A stretch of 64,000 nt of DNA from an uncultured Clostridia bacterium (GTDB lineage: Bacteria > Bacillota > Clostridia > TANB77 > CAG-508), in the NCBI GenBank assembly GCA_947594845.1, contig CANQEI010000006.1, positions 2,320 to 66,319 on the forward strand, in the 5' to 3' direction. The stretch's first letter is position 1. Each line of letters starts with the position of its first letter. The notes below the pieces were generated by a model. That model was not told the DNA's origin and did not search any database. It was given only the letters and a program-made list of their open reading frames with translations. This document shows, one piece after another, positions 1 to 9,842 of this stretch. A program made the position numbers and the translations under genes.

Positions 1-4
1 AAAT

Positions 5-1459
5 ATGCCAAATGCACTAAATGTTGATGAAGCATCTAGTGGATTTGATGCTTTCTCATTAATGAAATATGGAATTGATAGGAATGGTAATCAATTTCCT
101 GTTGTTTTATACGCTTGGGGAAGCGGGCAAAGTGTTTTATATTCATTAATAACGATTCCTTTTATTATATTAGGTGGACTTACAGAATTTACAATGAGAG
201 CTCCAATGGCTATTATTGGAATTGTTTCTCTTTATGTAATGTATTATCTTTTGAAAAATATTTTTAATGATAAAAAAATTGCATTATTAGGAACGTTTAT
301 TTTTGCAATATGTCCATGGCATATAATGAAAAGTAGATGGGGCATGGAATGCAATTTGTTTCCAGACTTAGTTTTGATTGCTGTATTATTGCTTATATTA
401 GGACTAAAAGAAAAAAAGAAGATTTGGCAAGTGTTATCATTTGTAATTCTTGGAATTTCTGCATATTCATATGCAACATCATATTTGTTTTTGCCTGTTT
501 TTGTGTGTACAACATTAGTTTATTTAATTATAAAAAAAGAAATTTCTATAAAAAGAGCAATTTTATATTTAGGTATTGTATTTATAATTTCAATACCGTT
601 AATAGTTTATCTTGCAGTTAACTCTTTTGGGTTAGAGCAATTTTCAATATTAGGAATTACAATTCCAAAACTTGCTGCAAATAGATATGAAGAAATTTCT
701 ACGATTTTTTCTGGAAACATTGGAAATATATTTGTAAATGCAGTAGATAATTTATTAGCTACAGTAAGAATATTTATACTACAGTATGATGAGCTTGATT
801 GGAATGCACTTAATGGATATGGATTAGTATATTTAATTAGTTTACCATTTTTTGTTATAGGAATTAGGGAAACATTAAAAAAGTATAATAAAAATATTTT
901 TAATCAAATAATGAATATTTGGATGATATCTTCAATTGTTTTAGCAGCATTTTGCAAGATAAATATAAACCATATAAATATAATAGTAATTCCATATGTT
1001 TATTATATAGTGTTAGGAATTTATGCAGTTATTAATAAATATGAATTATTATTACCTTGGATAATTTCTGCTTATGCTCTTTCTTTTATATTTTTTGGAT
1101 ATAAATATAAAAATCAAGACTTTAATGAATATTTTACATTTACATCAGGAATAGAGGAAGTGGCTGAATATTGTAAAAATTCTGATGCAGAAAATATATA
1201 TTGTGCGTATTCTTTTAAAGAACCATTTATTTATTTTATGTTTTATGAAGAATATGATACGAATGAGTATTTGCAAACAGTTGAATATTTTAAAGAAAAT
1301 GGTATTTTTGATAATGTAAAGTCTTTTGGAAAATATAATTTTTATTTACCAAAAGATGTTAAAGAGAAAAGTATCATAATATTACCAACAGGTTCTGAAA
1401 CCAATTATAATTACAAATCTAAAATTACTATAAATCAATTTGATATATATGAATTTTAA
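5..1459 (+). CDS. Polytopic membrane glycosyltransferase, GT39 (ArnT/PMT-like). The frame is open to the window edge, so the N-terminus is probably missing.
   Basis: 484-aa ORF with many hydrophobic segments. It has an early 'NVDEAS' loop (the DE motif of GT-C enzymes) and a 'CPWHIMKSRWGME' region typical of the ArnT/PMT family. Recognised by eye only. Confidence 0.6.
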   Translation: MPNALNVDEASSGFDAFSLMKYGIDRNGNQFPVVLYAWGSGQSVLYSLITIPFIILGGLTEFTMRAPMAIIGIVSLYVMYYLLKNIFNDKKIALLGTFIFAICPWHIMKSRWGMECNLFPDLVLIAVLLLILGLKEKKKIWQVLSFVILGISAYSYATSYLFLPVFVCTTLVYLIIKKEISIKRAILYLGIVFIISIPLIVYLAVNSFGLEQFSILGITIPKLAANRYEEISTIFSGNIGNIFVNAVDNLLATVRIFILQYDELDWNALNGYGLVYLISLPFFVIGIRETLKKYNKNIFNQIMNIWMISSIVLAAFCKININHINIIVIPYVYYIVLGIYAVINKYELLLPWIISAYALSFIFFGYKYKNQDFNEYFTFTSGIEEVAEYCKNSDAENIYCAYSFKEPFIYFMFYEEYDTNEYLQTVEYFKENGIFDNVKSFGKYNFYLPKDVKEKSIIILPTGSETNYNYKSKITINQFDIYEF

Positions 1460-1472
1460 AGAAGGAGAAATT

Positions 1473-4148
1473 ATGTCTAAATTAATTGTTGTTGATGGAA
1501 ATAGTATAGTTAATAGAGCTTTTTATGGAATAATGGGAAACAAGATGTTACAAACAGCGGATGGAACGTATACAAATGCCGTATATGGATTTTTAGCAAT
1601 ATTATTTAAAGAATTAGATGAAATAAAGCCTGATTATATAGCTGTTGCATTTGATTTAAAAGCTCCAACAGCTAGACATAAAATGTATGAAGGATATAAG
1701 GCTACAAGAAAAGGAATGCCAGATGAATTAGCAAGTCAAATGCCAATATTAAAAAAAGTATTGAGGGCTATGAATATAACAATAATTGAAAAAGAAGGAT
1801 ATGAAGCAGATGATATTTTAGGGACATTATCAAGAATTGGAGAAAATGCAGGAATAGAAGTAGTTTTATTAACTGGTGATAGAGATTCATTTCAACTTGC
1901 AACAGATAAAGTTTCTATTTATATTCCTAGAACGAAAGCTGGAAAAACTGAAACAGACATTTTTGACAGAAAGAAAGTTTTAGAAGTGTATGGAGTAGAA
2001 CCAAAACAAATGATAGAAGTTAAAGGACTACAGGGAGATACTTCTGACAACATTCCAGGTGTACCAGGAATTGGAGAGAAAACGGCACTTTCAATAATAC
2101 AAGAATATGGAACTATTGAAAACTTATATGAGAAAATTGAAAAAAATGAAGATAATTTAAAAGGCAAACAGAGAGAAAAAATTGTAGAAAATAAAGATTT
2201 AGCTATATTGTCTAAAACGTTAGGAACAATAAATTTAGAAACTCCAATAGATGAAAAGATTGAAGATTTAAAAATAAAGGATTGGAATAAACAAGAAGTA
2301 TTAGAAATATTTAAAGAATTACGTTTTAATAGATATATTGATAGATTTAATTTATTAGAAGCTGAGGCTACAAGCACTAAAAATCCTGAAACTAAAGTTG
2401 AATTTGAAAATGCAAAAATTACAAAATCTGAATTAGATTGCTTAGAATCTAAAATTATTGAAGATAAAGTTTTATATTTTTATATGGATACGAAAGAAAA
2501 TAGTGAATCTATAATAAAAAAATCAATAAAAAGTATTGTTATATATAGGAAAAGCGAAAACAAAGTTTATGAATATCAAACAAATGATATTTTAGATTTA
2601 AAAAAATTATTTGAAAATAAAGAAATATTAAAATGTAGTTATGACTTAAAAACTGTATATATTTTAGCTAAAGAAGCTGGTATAAATCCTGAAAACTTTA
2701 TGTTTGATATAAAAATAGCTGGATATTTATTAAATTCTACAAATAATTTATATTCAATACCAGACTTAATGAAAGCATATTTAGGTCAAGAGATTGAAGA
2801 AACACAAACTGCAAATGAACAAATTAATTTGTTTGATGTCCAAGAAGAAAAAATAGATGAAAAGATTCTAACATATGCGTATTCAGTTGGAGAATTAAAA
2901 GATGTATTAGAAAAAGAATTAGAAAAAAATGAAATGTTAGAATTGTTTAATACAATAGAAATGCCCGTTTTAGAAGTGTTGGCCGATATGCAGATTCAAG
3001 GAATTTATGTTGATAAGGATGAACTAGTTTCATATGGAGAAGAATTAAAAACTAGATTAGATGAATTGACAAGAGAAATATATAATCTAGCAGGAGAAGA
3101 ATTTAATGTTAATTCAACAAAACAATTAGGTGAAATTTTATTTGAAAAAATGAAATTACCTGTTATCAAAAAAACGAAAAGTGGATATTCAACAGATGTA
3201 GAAACTTTGGAAAAATTACAAGGGGAACATGAAATAATTGACAAAATTTTAGAATATAGACAACTTGCAAAACTTAATTCTACTTATGTGGAAGGAATGA
3301 TCCCATATATAAATCCTAAAACAGGTAGAATTCATTCATATTTTCATCAAACTGTTACTGCAACTGGAAGAATTAGTAGTACAGATCCAAATTTACAGAA
3401 CATTCCTACAAGGATTGAATTAGGCAAAAAATTAAGAAAAGTATTTAAACCTGGAGAAAATAAGGTTTTTCTAGATGCTGATTATTCTCAAATAGAACTT
3501 AGGGTACTAGCTCATGTATCTAAGGACCAAACTATGGTTGATAATTTTATTAATGATGAGGATATACATGCACAAGCTGCTTCAAGAGTATTTGGAGTTC
3601 CACTTGAAGAAGTTTCAAAAGAACTTAGGAGTAAAGCAAAAGCAGTAAACTTTGGAATAGTATATGGTATAAGTGATTTTGGACTAGCAGCTCAAATTCA
3701 TACATCTAGGAAATTAGCTAAACAATATATAGAGCAATATCTTGAAAAATATGATGGAATTAAAAAATTTATGGATAATGTTGTTGAAGAAGCAAAAGAA
3801 AAAGGCTATATTGAAACAATGTATAAAAGAAGAAGATATATTCCAGAATTAAAGTCTAAAAATTATATGGTTAGAAAATTTGGAGATAGAGTTGCTATGA
3901 ATACGCCTATTCAAGGGACAGCGGCAGATATAATGAAAATAGCAATGATTAATGTATTTAAAGAACTTAAAAATTATAAATCAAAAGTAGTGCTTCAAGT
4001 TCATGATGAATTGTTAGTAGAAGTTTATAAAGAAGAGTTGGAAGATGTGAAACAAATTCTTGTGCAGTGTATGGAAAATGCAGCTAAGTTACTAGTTCCA
4101 CTTAAAGTTGAAGTTGAAGAAGGAAATAATTGGTATGAAGCTAAATAG
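1473..4148 (+). CDS. polA: DNA polymerase I
   Basis: 5'-nuclease N-terminus (LIVVDGNSIVNRAFY). Pol motifs DYSQIELRVLAH, RSKAKAVNFGIVYG and QVHDELLVE. GGAG at 1464-1467 precedes ATG 1473. The track start at 1440 overlaps the upstream gene and has no RBS. Confidence 0.97.
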   Translation: MSKLIVVDGNSIVNRAFYGIMGNKMLQTADGTYTNAVYGFLAILFKELDEIKPDYIAVAFDLKAPTARHKMYEGYKATRKGMPDELASQMPILKKVLRAMNITIIEKEGYEADDILGTLSRIGENAGIEVVLLTGDRDSFQLATDKVSIYIPRTKAGKTETDIFDRKKVLEVYGVEPKQMIEVKGLQGDTSDNIPGVPGIGEKTALSIIQEYGTIENLYEKIEKNEDNLKGKQREKIVENKDLAILSKTLGTINLETPIDEKIEDLKIKDWNKQEVLEIFKELRFNRYIDRFNLLEAEATSTKNPETKVEFENAKITKSELDCLESKIIEDKVLYFYMDTKENSESIIKKSIKSIVIYRKSENKVYEYQTNDILDLKKLFENKEILKCSYDLKTVYILAKEAGINPENFMFDIKIAGYLLNSTNNLYSIPDLMKAYLGQEIEETQTANEQINLFDVQEEKIDEKILTYAYSVGELKDVLEKELEKNEMLELFNTIEMPVLEVLADMQIQGIYVDKDELVSYGEELKTRLDELTREIYNLAGEEFNVNSTKQLGEILFEKMKLPVIKKTKSGYSTDVETLEKLQGEHEIIDKILEYRQLAKLNSTYVEGMIPYINPKTGRIHSYFHQTVTATGRISSTDPNLQNIPTRIELGKKLRKVFKPGENKVFLDADYSQIELRVLAHVSKDQTMVDNFINDEDIHAQAASRVFGVPLEEVSKELRSKAKAVNFGIVYGISDFGLAAQIHTSRKLAKQYIEQYLEKYDGIKKFMDNVVEEAKEKGYIETMYKRRRYIPELKSKNYMVRKFGDRVAMNTPIQGTAADIMKIAMINVFKELKNYKSKVVLQVHDELLVEVYKEELEDVKQILVQCMENAAKLLVPLKVEVEEGNNWYEAK

Positions 4149-4294
4149 AGCTTAAAAAATATCAAAATTAAAATTGTTTTTGTTGAGTAGATTTTACGAG
4201 TGTTCATAGAATGAAATAATTCTAAAAAGTATTCCTTTTTTTTATCTTTTATGATAGAATATGACAAAATATAAGTACTTTGGAGGTAGTAATT

Positions 4295-4537
4295 ATGGAA
4301 TTTAAGAAATGCCCTCGTTGTGGAAACTTTTTTCATTCAGATTTGGAAGTTTGCCAAAATTGTAAAACTAATGAGATTTTAGATATGCAAAAATTTAGAA
4401 GTTATATTGAAACAAATGGAATTAGAGCTTGTGAAAATGTTCAACAAATGTCTGTAGATACGGGAATTAATTCAAAAAATTTAAATAGATATTTACTTAA
4501 TGATGAATTTTCAGAAATGGTAAACAATAAATTATAA
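4295..4537 (+). CDS. Small zinc-ribbon protein (CPRC...CQNC), possibly YvyF/TIGR03826-like
   Basis: MEFKKCPRCGNFFHSDLEVCQNCK followed by a helical tail. A GGAGG RBS lies just upstream of ATG 4295. The family assignment is tentative. Confidence 0.6.
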   Translation: MEFKKCPRCGNFFHSDLEVCQNCKTNEILDMQKFRSYIETNGIRACENVQQMSVDTGINSKNLNRYLLNDEFSEMVNNKL

Positions 4538-4564
4538 TTGCAAAATTGGAAAGGGAAAAATTAA

Positions 4565-5776
4565 ATGGCTAATGTATTTGACATATTAGATGAGAGAGGC
4601 TACGTAGAGCAATTAACTCATCCAGAAGAAATAAAAAAATTATTTGAAAAGGAAAGTGTACGTTTTTATATAGGAATAGATCCAACTGCAGATAGTTTGC
4701 ATGTTGGTCATTTCATTTCTTTAATGGTTGCTTCACATATGCAAAAAGCAGGTCATAGACCTATAATATTAATGGGTGGAGGAACTGCTGTAATTGGTGA
4801 TCCATCAGGAAAAACTGATATGAGAAAAATGCTTACAGTGGAAAATATAAATAATAATGTTACAGCAATAAAGAAACAAATTGAAAAATTTTTAAAATTT
4901 GAAGGAGAAAATGCGGCTATAATAGTTAATAATGCTGATTGGCTTAGAAGTTTAAAATATATAGATTTTATGAGAGAAATAGGAGTTCATTTTTCTGTAA
5001 ATAAAATGTTAGCAGCTGAATGTTACAAAAATAGATTAGACACTGGTTTAACATTTTTTGAACTAGGATATATGTTAATGCAATCATATGATTTTTTATA
5101 TTTACATGATAACTATGGTTGCAAATTACAAATGGGTGGAAATGATCAATGGTCTAATATAATTGGTGGAGTTGACTTGATAAGAAAAATAGGTCATGAT
5201 GATTCTTATGGATTTACATTCAAATTGCTTACTACCAAAGAAGGTAAGAAAATGGGAAAAACAGAAAATGGAGCATTATGGTTAAATCCTGAAAAGACAT
5301 CACCATATGAGTTCTACCAATATTGGAGAAATGTAGCTGATGAAGACATTGAAAATGTTATGAAACTTTTAACTTTTATGGATATTAATGAAATAAAAGA
5401 ACTTACTAAATATAAAGATGAAAGAATTAATGAAGCAAAGAAGAGAGCTGCATTTGAAATTACTAAATTGGTTCATGGAGAAGAAGCTGCTAAGCAAGCT
5501 GAAAAAGCAACTCAAGCTTTATTTGAAGGAAAAGGAAATGTTGATACAATGGAATCTATAAAAGTAGATGGAGATGTTTCAATTGTTGAAGCTATTGTGT
5601 TGACTGGAATTGTTTCTTCTAAAGGACAAGCAAAAACATTAATTACTCAGGGAGCAATTAGTGTTAATGATGAAAAAATTGATGATATAAATTATATGCT
5701 TACAGAAAAAGATTTTTCAGAAGGATATGCAATACTAAGAAAAGGCAAGAAAGTTTATTACAAATTGACAAGATAG
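4565..5776 (+). CDS. tyrS: Tyrosyl-tRNA synthetase, copy 1 (no T-box leader visible upstream)
   Basis: HIGH-type motif 'SLHVGH', 'GDPSGKTDMRK', KMSKS-type 'KKMGKT' and a C-terminal S4-like domain. Confidence 0.95.
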   Translation: MANVFDILDERGYVEQLTHPEEIKKLFEKESVRFYIGIDPTADSLHVGHFISLMVASHMQKAGHRPIILMGGGTAVIGDPSGKTDMRKMLTVENINNNVTAIKKQIEKFLKFEGENAAIIVNNADWLRSLKYIDFMREIGVHFSVNKMLAAECYKNRLDTGLTFFELGYMLMQSYDFLYLHDNYGCKLQMGGNDQWSNIIGGVDLIRKIGHDDSYGFTFKLLTTKEGKKMGKTENGALWLNPEKTSPYEFYQYWRNVADEDIENVMKLLTFMDINEIKELTKYKDERINEAKKRAAFEITKLVHGEEAAKQAEKATQALFEGKGNVDTMESIKVDGDVSIVEAIVLTGIVSSKGQAKTLITQGAISVNDEKIDDINYMLTEKDFSEGYAILRKGKKVYYKLTR

Positions 5777-5820
5777 AGTTTTACATATAACTTAAGAAAA
5801 AATAGAAGGGATTAATTTGG

Positions 5821-6786
5821 ATGAAAAAAATTTTTAGCACATTATTTCCATTAATTATGATGATAATTGCTTCTATTGCTTGTGCTGGAATATATATGTT
5901 TTTTACAAATAAGTTTGGACAAAAAGATATCCAAAATAATGTAAATGCAAATCAAAACGTAGTTAAAGACGATAGTTCTGTAGTTTTATCAGAAGAAGAA
6001 CTACCAAGATTGGAATCTTCTGTTTCAGCTAAGCCTCTAGCAAATGCTATTGTTGTAGATTTTACTCAAAATAAAAACTTATCTGAAACAGTTTTAGATT
6101 ATTCTGCTGATGATAAAGGTTATGAAAAATTATTAAATGGACAAGTCGATATATTAATAGCAACAGAGCCTTCAAATGAAGTTTTATCACTGGTACAAGC
6201 TAGTGGTGCTGAGCTTGATATGCAATTAATTGCAAAAGAAGGTTTTGTTTTTTATGTCAATAGTAAGAATCCGGTTGATTCTTTGGAAGTTTCAGAAATT
6301 CAACAAATATATACGGGAAGAATTAGTAACTGGTCTCAAGTTGGAGGAAAAGATGAAGATATAATGCCTTTTCAAAGAGTGGAAGGTTCTACAGACCAAC
6401 GTCAAATGATATCTAAGGTTATGAAAAGTTTAACTTTAATGTCTCCACCAATGTATAATTTTAGAGACAAAGTATATGGAAATATTAATGATGTTGTTGC
6501 AACATATGATAATTCTGAAAATGCTATAGGATATTCATTAAGTTACCAGGCTAATATAATGTATGATTCTGATGATACAACAAGTGATCCAATTAAGTTT
6601 TTGAAAATTAATAACTTTGAACCAAACTATGATAATATAAAAAATGAATCATATCCTTTTATAACAAATTATTATTTGGTGAAGTTAAAAAATAATAATA
6701 ACGAATATATAGATGCCTTTACACAAGCTGTTTTTTCTGATAGAGGAAAAAGAATTATAAAGGAGGCTGGATATATTGATAATTAA
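5821..6786 (+). CDS. PstS/PBP-like substrate-binding protein, membrane anchored, with no transporter partner adjacent
   Basis: N-terminal TM segment. 'VDILIATEPSNE', 'EGFVFYVNSKNPV...ISNWSQVGG' and 'FQRVEGSTDQ' resemble phosphate-binding PBP_like_2 proteins. Confidence 0.5.
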   Translation: MKKIFSTLFPLIMMIIASIACAGIYMFFTNKFGQKDIQNNVNANQNVVKDDSSVVLSEEELPRLESSVSAKPLANAIVVDFTQNKNLSETVLDYSADDKGYEKLLNGQVDILIATEPSNEVLSLVQASGAELDMQLIAKEGFVFYVNSKNPVDSLEVSEIQQIYTGRISNWSQVGGKDEDIMPFQRVEGSTDQRQMISKVMKSLTLMSPPMYNFRDKVYGNINDVVATYDNSENAIGYSLSYQANIMYDSDDTTSDPIKFLKINNFEPNYDNIKNESYPFITNYYLVKLKNNNNEYIDAFTQAVFSDRGKRIIKEAGYIDN

Positions 6787-8281
6787 TAGAAATACAAAAA
6801 TATTTTTAATTGTCTTTTCAGTAATCCTTTTAATTTGTACTATTACGATTATTGTATATACAAGGACTCACGATGGTTTAGGAAGTTCACAAGTTATTAT
6901 TGAATCTGCACCTAAAACAATTACAAATTTAAATACAAATGTTGTTGAAAATAGTGATGATAGTACTACTAAAGGTGCAACTTTACAGGACTCTTATAAT
7001 AATAATAGAATAACATATAAATATAAAACTAGACAGAAAAACAATGTAGAAGTAACATATCCAGAAATTTCTGGATTAAGCAGTAGTAACATTAATAAAA
7101 GTATTAATGATCAAATTAATGAAAGAATAGATAGGATTTTGGATAGTAATACTTTTAAAAATAATTCAGATTCATCAGCATATGTTTCTGCTACAGTTGC
7201 TTCAAATTTTTCTGATGTGCTATCTGTAAAAATTTTTGTAAAATTTACAGATAATTTTAGTAAAAATTATGGTGTGAATTTTAGGCTAGATGATGGAACT
7301 AGATTAAAGATAGATGATTTATTTACTAAAAATGCACCAAAGAAAAATATTATTACATTTTCAGCATATAGAAGCTTTGCACTTGATTACTATACTGAGG
7401 ATGGCATATCTAATGAATTTTATACTAATATAGAATCAGATATATGGAATTTTTTAACAGAATATAATAGCGGAAAAGTTACAGAATTTTCTTTTACTCC
7501 CCAAATTATAGAATTATACAGGGAAGGAAGAACAATAAAAATATATATGCAGGATTATTACCAATATATAGCAATATATAACAAATATAAAACGTCAAGT
7601 GATATATATGAAGATAGTTATCACAATGGTAAGGATATACCTATTTTTGTTCAAAGACCAAATACAATATATGATTTATATGAAAAGCCAAATGAAACTT
7701 GTTGTATAGATGTTGTTATATTTGATAAAAAAGGAAAAAATGACTTTTCTGAAAAGGAAATGAAAATTATAAAAGAGTATAGAAATAGTTTATATTCAAG
7801 ATTGGACACGATTAGAAGAGAACAAAATGTATTTTATTCAAATTATGTTTCTGTTGAGAGAAAAAAAGAAGATGGCAAGGATATATTAGTATTTTATGAA
7901 GATGAAAGATATGCTACAATAGATGAAAACTTTGAGAACAAAATTTATAATATAATATTATCTGCTCAAAGAGATGTAAATAGCGATAATAATCCAGAAA
8001 GTAAAATTAATGAGTTAGATGAGAATATGATAGGTTCTGCTTCTGTTGAGAGAAAATTTGATATTGAAACAGGAAGTGAAATTGTTGAAGAAGTAGAAGA
8101 GCCTCAACCCGAAGAAGAAAATCAAAATACCACAAATAATACTATAAATCAAACTGATACTACGAATAATACTGTTACAAATCAGACAACAAATTCAACA
8201 AGTAATACAGTTACAAATAGTACTGAACAAGGGAATAATACCAATACTAATGGTGAAATTGATGCAAGAGTATCTTTTTAA
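6776..8281 (+). CDS. Single-pass membrane protein with a DUF4163/DUF3298 (RsiV/PdaC-type) module and an N/T-rich tail
   Basis: TTG start 9 nt after AGGAGG (6761-6766), overlapping the upstream stop. 'VEVTYPEISGLSSSNINKSINDQINERI' and 'FRLDDGTRLKIDDLF' match the family pattern. The tail is N/T low complexity. Confidence 0.6.
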   Translation: MIINRNTKIFLIVFSVILLICTITIIVYTRTHDGLGSSQVIIESAPKTITNLNTNVVENSDDSTTKGATLQDSYNNNRITYKYKTRQKNNVEVTYPEISGLSSSNINKSINDQINERIDRILDSNTFKNNSDSSAYVSATVASNFSDVLSVKIFVKFTDNFSKNYGVNFRLDDGTRLKIDDLFTKNAPKKNIITFSAYRSFALDYYTEDGISNEFYTNIESDIWNFLTEYNSGKVTEFSFTPQIIELYREGRTIKIYMQDYYQYIAIYNKYKTSSDIYEDSYHNGKDIPIFVQRPNTIYDLYEKPNETCCIDVVIFDKKGKNDFSEKEMKIIKEYRNSLYSRLDTIRREQNVFYSNYVSVERKKEDGKDILVFYEDERYATIDENFENKIYNIILSAQRDVNSDNNPESKINELDENMIGSASVERKFDIETGSEIVEEVEEPQPEEENQNTTNNTINQTDTTNNTVTNQTTNSTSNTVTNSTEQGNNTNTNGEIDARVSF

Positions 8282-8304
8282 TTTTTTTGTAAAAGGAGAG
8301 GTAA

Positions 8305-9153
8305 ATGTTTTTATTTAAAATAAAAACCTATGCTTTTATTGGTCCATCTGGAACAGGAAAAAGCTACAGAGCTCAATACGTGGCAAGTCAGAGAGATATA
8401 AAATATATAATTGATGATGGATTATTAATTAAAGAAAATCAAGTTATTGCTGGAACTTCTGCAAAAAAGGCTCCAACTAAAATAGAGACAGTAAGAAATG
8501 CTTTATTTGGCGTTGAAGAAAGAAAAATTGAAGCACAAAAAGCAATAAGAAAATATAGACCGGATTCAATTTTGATATTAGGAACATCTGATGAAATGGT
8601 TGATAAGATTGCACATAATCTAGAATTACCACCGATTTCTGAAAGAATATATATTAACGAAGTTGCTACTCAAGAAGAAATGGATACTGCAAGAAGAATT
8701 AGAGTAATGCAGGGTAAACATGTTATACCAGTACCAACTTTTGAAATAAAAAAAGATTTTTCAGGATATTTGTTGGATCCTTTACAAATTTTTAAATCAA
8801 AAGGTAAAAATGCGGAACCATATGTAGCAGAAAAATCTATAATTAGACCAACTTTTAGTTACTTAGGCAATTTTACAATTTCAGATAGTGTGTTTAAAGA
8901 TATTATTGTTACAGTTGCTAAAAAAGTTAAATCTGTTTATAAAATATTAAAAATTAGAGTAGATAAAACGCAAACTGACACTGCTGGGGTTCAACTTTAT
9001 ATAGAAGTGTCAATAGAGTATGGGGCAAATATGATGGAAACATTACGCTTATTGAAGAAAGAGACTAGAAGAGAAATAGAAAATTTAACTGCTATGTATA
9101 TATCAAGTGTTGATATTGTTGCAAAACAGATTCATTTTCCTGAAGAAAATTAA
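8305..9153 (+). CDS. P-loop NTPase fused to a C-terminal Asp23/Gls24-like domain
   Basis: Walker A 'GPSGTGKS' at residues 13-20. The C-terminal ~110 aa ('TISDSVFKDIIVTVAKKV...VQLYIEVSIEYGANMMETLRLLKKETRREIENLTAM') look like alkaline-shock Asp23-family proteins. Confidence 0.5.
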   Translation: MFLFKIKTYAFIGPSGTGKSYRAQYVASQRDIKYIIDDGLLIKENQVIAGTSAKKAPTKIETVRNALFGVEERKIEAQKAIRKYRPDSILILGTSDEMVDKIAHNLELPPISERIYINEVATQEEMDTARRIRVMQGKHVIPVPTFEIKKDFSGYLLDPLQIFKSKGKNAEPYVAEKSIIRPTFSYLGNFTISDSVFKDIIVTVAKKVKSVYKILKIRVDKTQTDTAGVQLYIEVSIEYGANMMETLRLLKKETRREIENLTAMYISSVDIVAKQIHFPEEN

Positions 9154-9173
9154 AATGAGAGGAAGAGTAAAAA

Positions 9174-9833
9174 ATGATAGTAGCAATAGATGGACCTGCT
9201 GGAAGTGGGAAAGGAACAGTTACAAAAATTATATCTCAAAGAATGGGGTTAGTTAACTTAGATACAGGAGCGACGTATAGGTGTGTTGCACTTGCTAGTT
9301 TGAGAGCAGGACTTACTTTAAATGATGAAGAAAAAATTGTTGATTTAATTGATTCATTAGATATTGAGTTAGAGCATCAAAATGGAGAAATAAAGGTATT
9401 CTTGAATGGTGAAGATGTTTCAAAAGAAATTAGATCTTCAGAGGTTACATCAATAGTTTCACAAGTTTCTTCAATAGTGCCAGTCAGATTAAAAATGGTG
9501 GATTTACAGAGAAAGTTAGCCAAAGGAAAGAATGTTATAATGGAAGGTAGAGATATTGGTACATATGTTTTTCCAAATGCTGAAGTAAAAATATATTTAG
9601 ATGCTGATGTTGAAGAAAGAGCAAGAAGAAGATTTAAAGAAAATCAGGAAAAAAATATAAGTTGTACTTATGAAAGTGTGTTAGACAATATAAAAAAGAG
9701 AGATGAAAATGATAAACATAAAGAGATTGGCTCACTTAGAGTAGCAGATGGGGCTATAATTGTAGATTCAACTAATATGACAATAGAAGAAGTTGCTGAC
9801 AAAGTTGAAAAAATAATTTTAGAAGCTAAATAG
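9174..9833 (+). CDS. cmk: Cytidylate kinase
   Basis: 'IAIDGPAGSGKGTV', 'LDTGATYR' and 'EGRDIGT'. Confidence 0.95.
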   Translation: MIVAIDGPAGSGKGTVTKIISQRMGLVNLDTGATYRCVALASLRAGLTLNDEEKIVDLIDSLDIELEHQNGEIKVFLNGEDVSKEIRSSEVTSIVSQVSSIVPVRLKMVDLQRKLAKGKNVIMEGRDIGTYVFPNAEVKIYLDADVEERARRRFKENQEKNISCTYESVLDNIKKRDENDKHKEIGSLRVADGAIIVDSTNMTIEEVADKVEKIILEAK

Positions 9834-9842
9834 GAGAAAAAA

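Noticed and set aside
337-621. 94-aa alternative-frame ORF inside the GT39-like gene.
   Set aside because: It is on the same strand, overlaps a longer ORF that has family-typical motifs, and its composition is Cys/Phe/Ile-rich noise.
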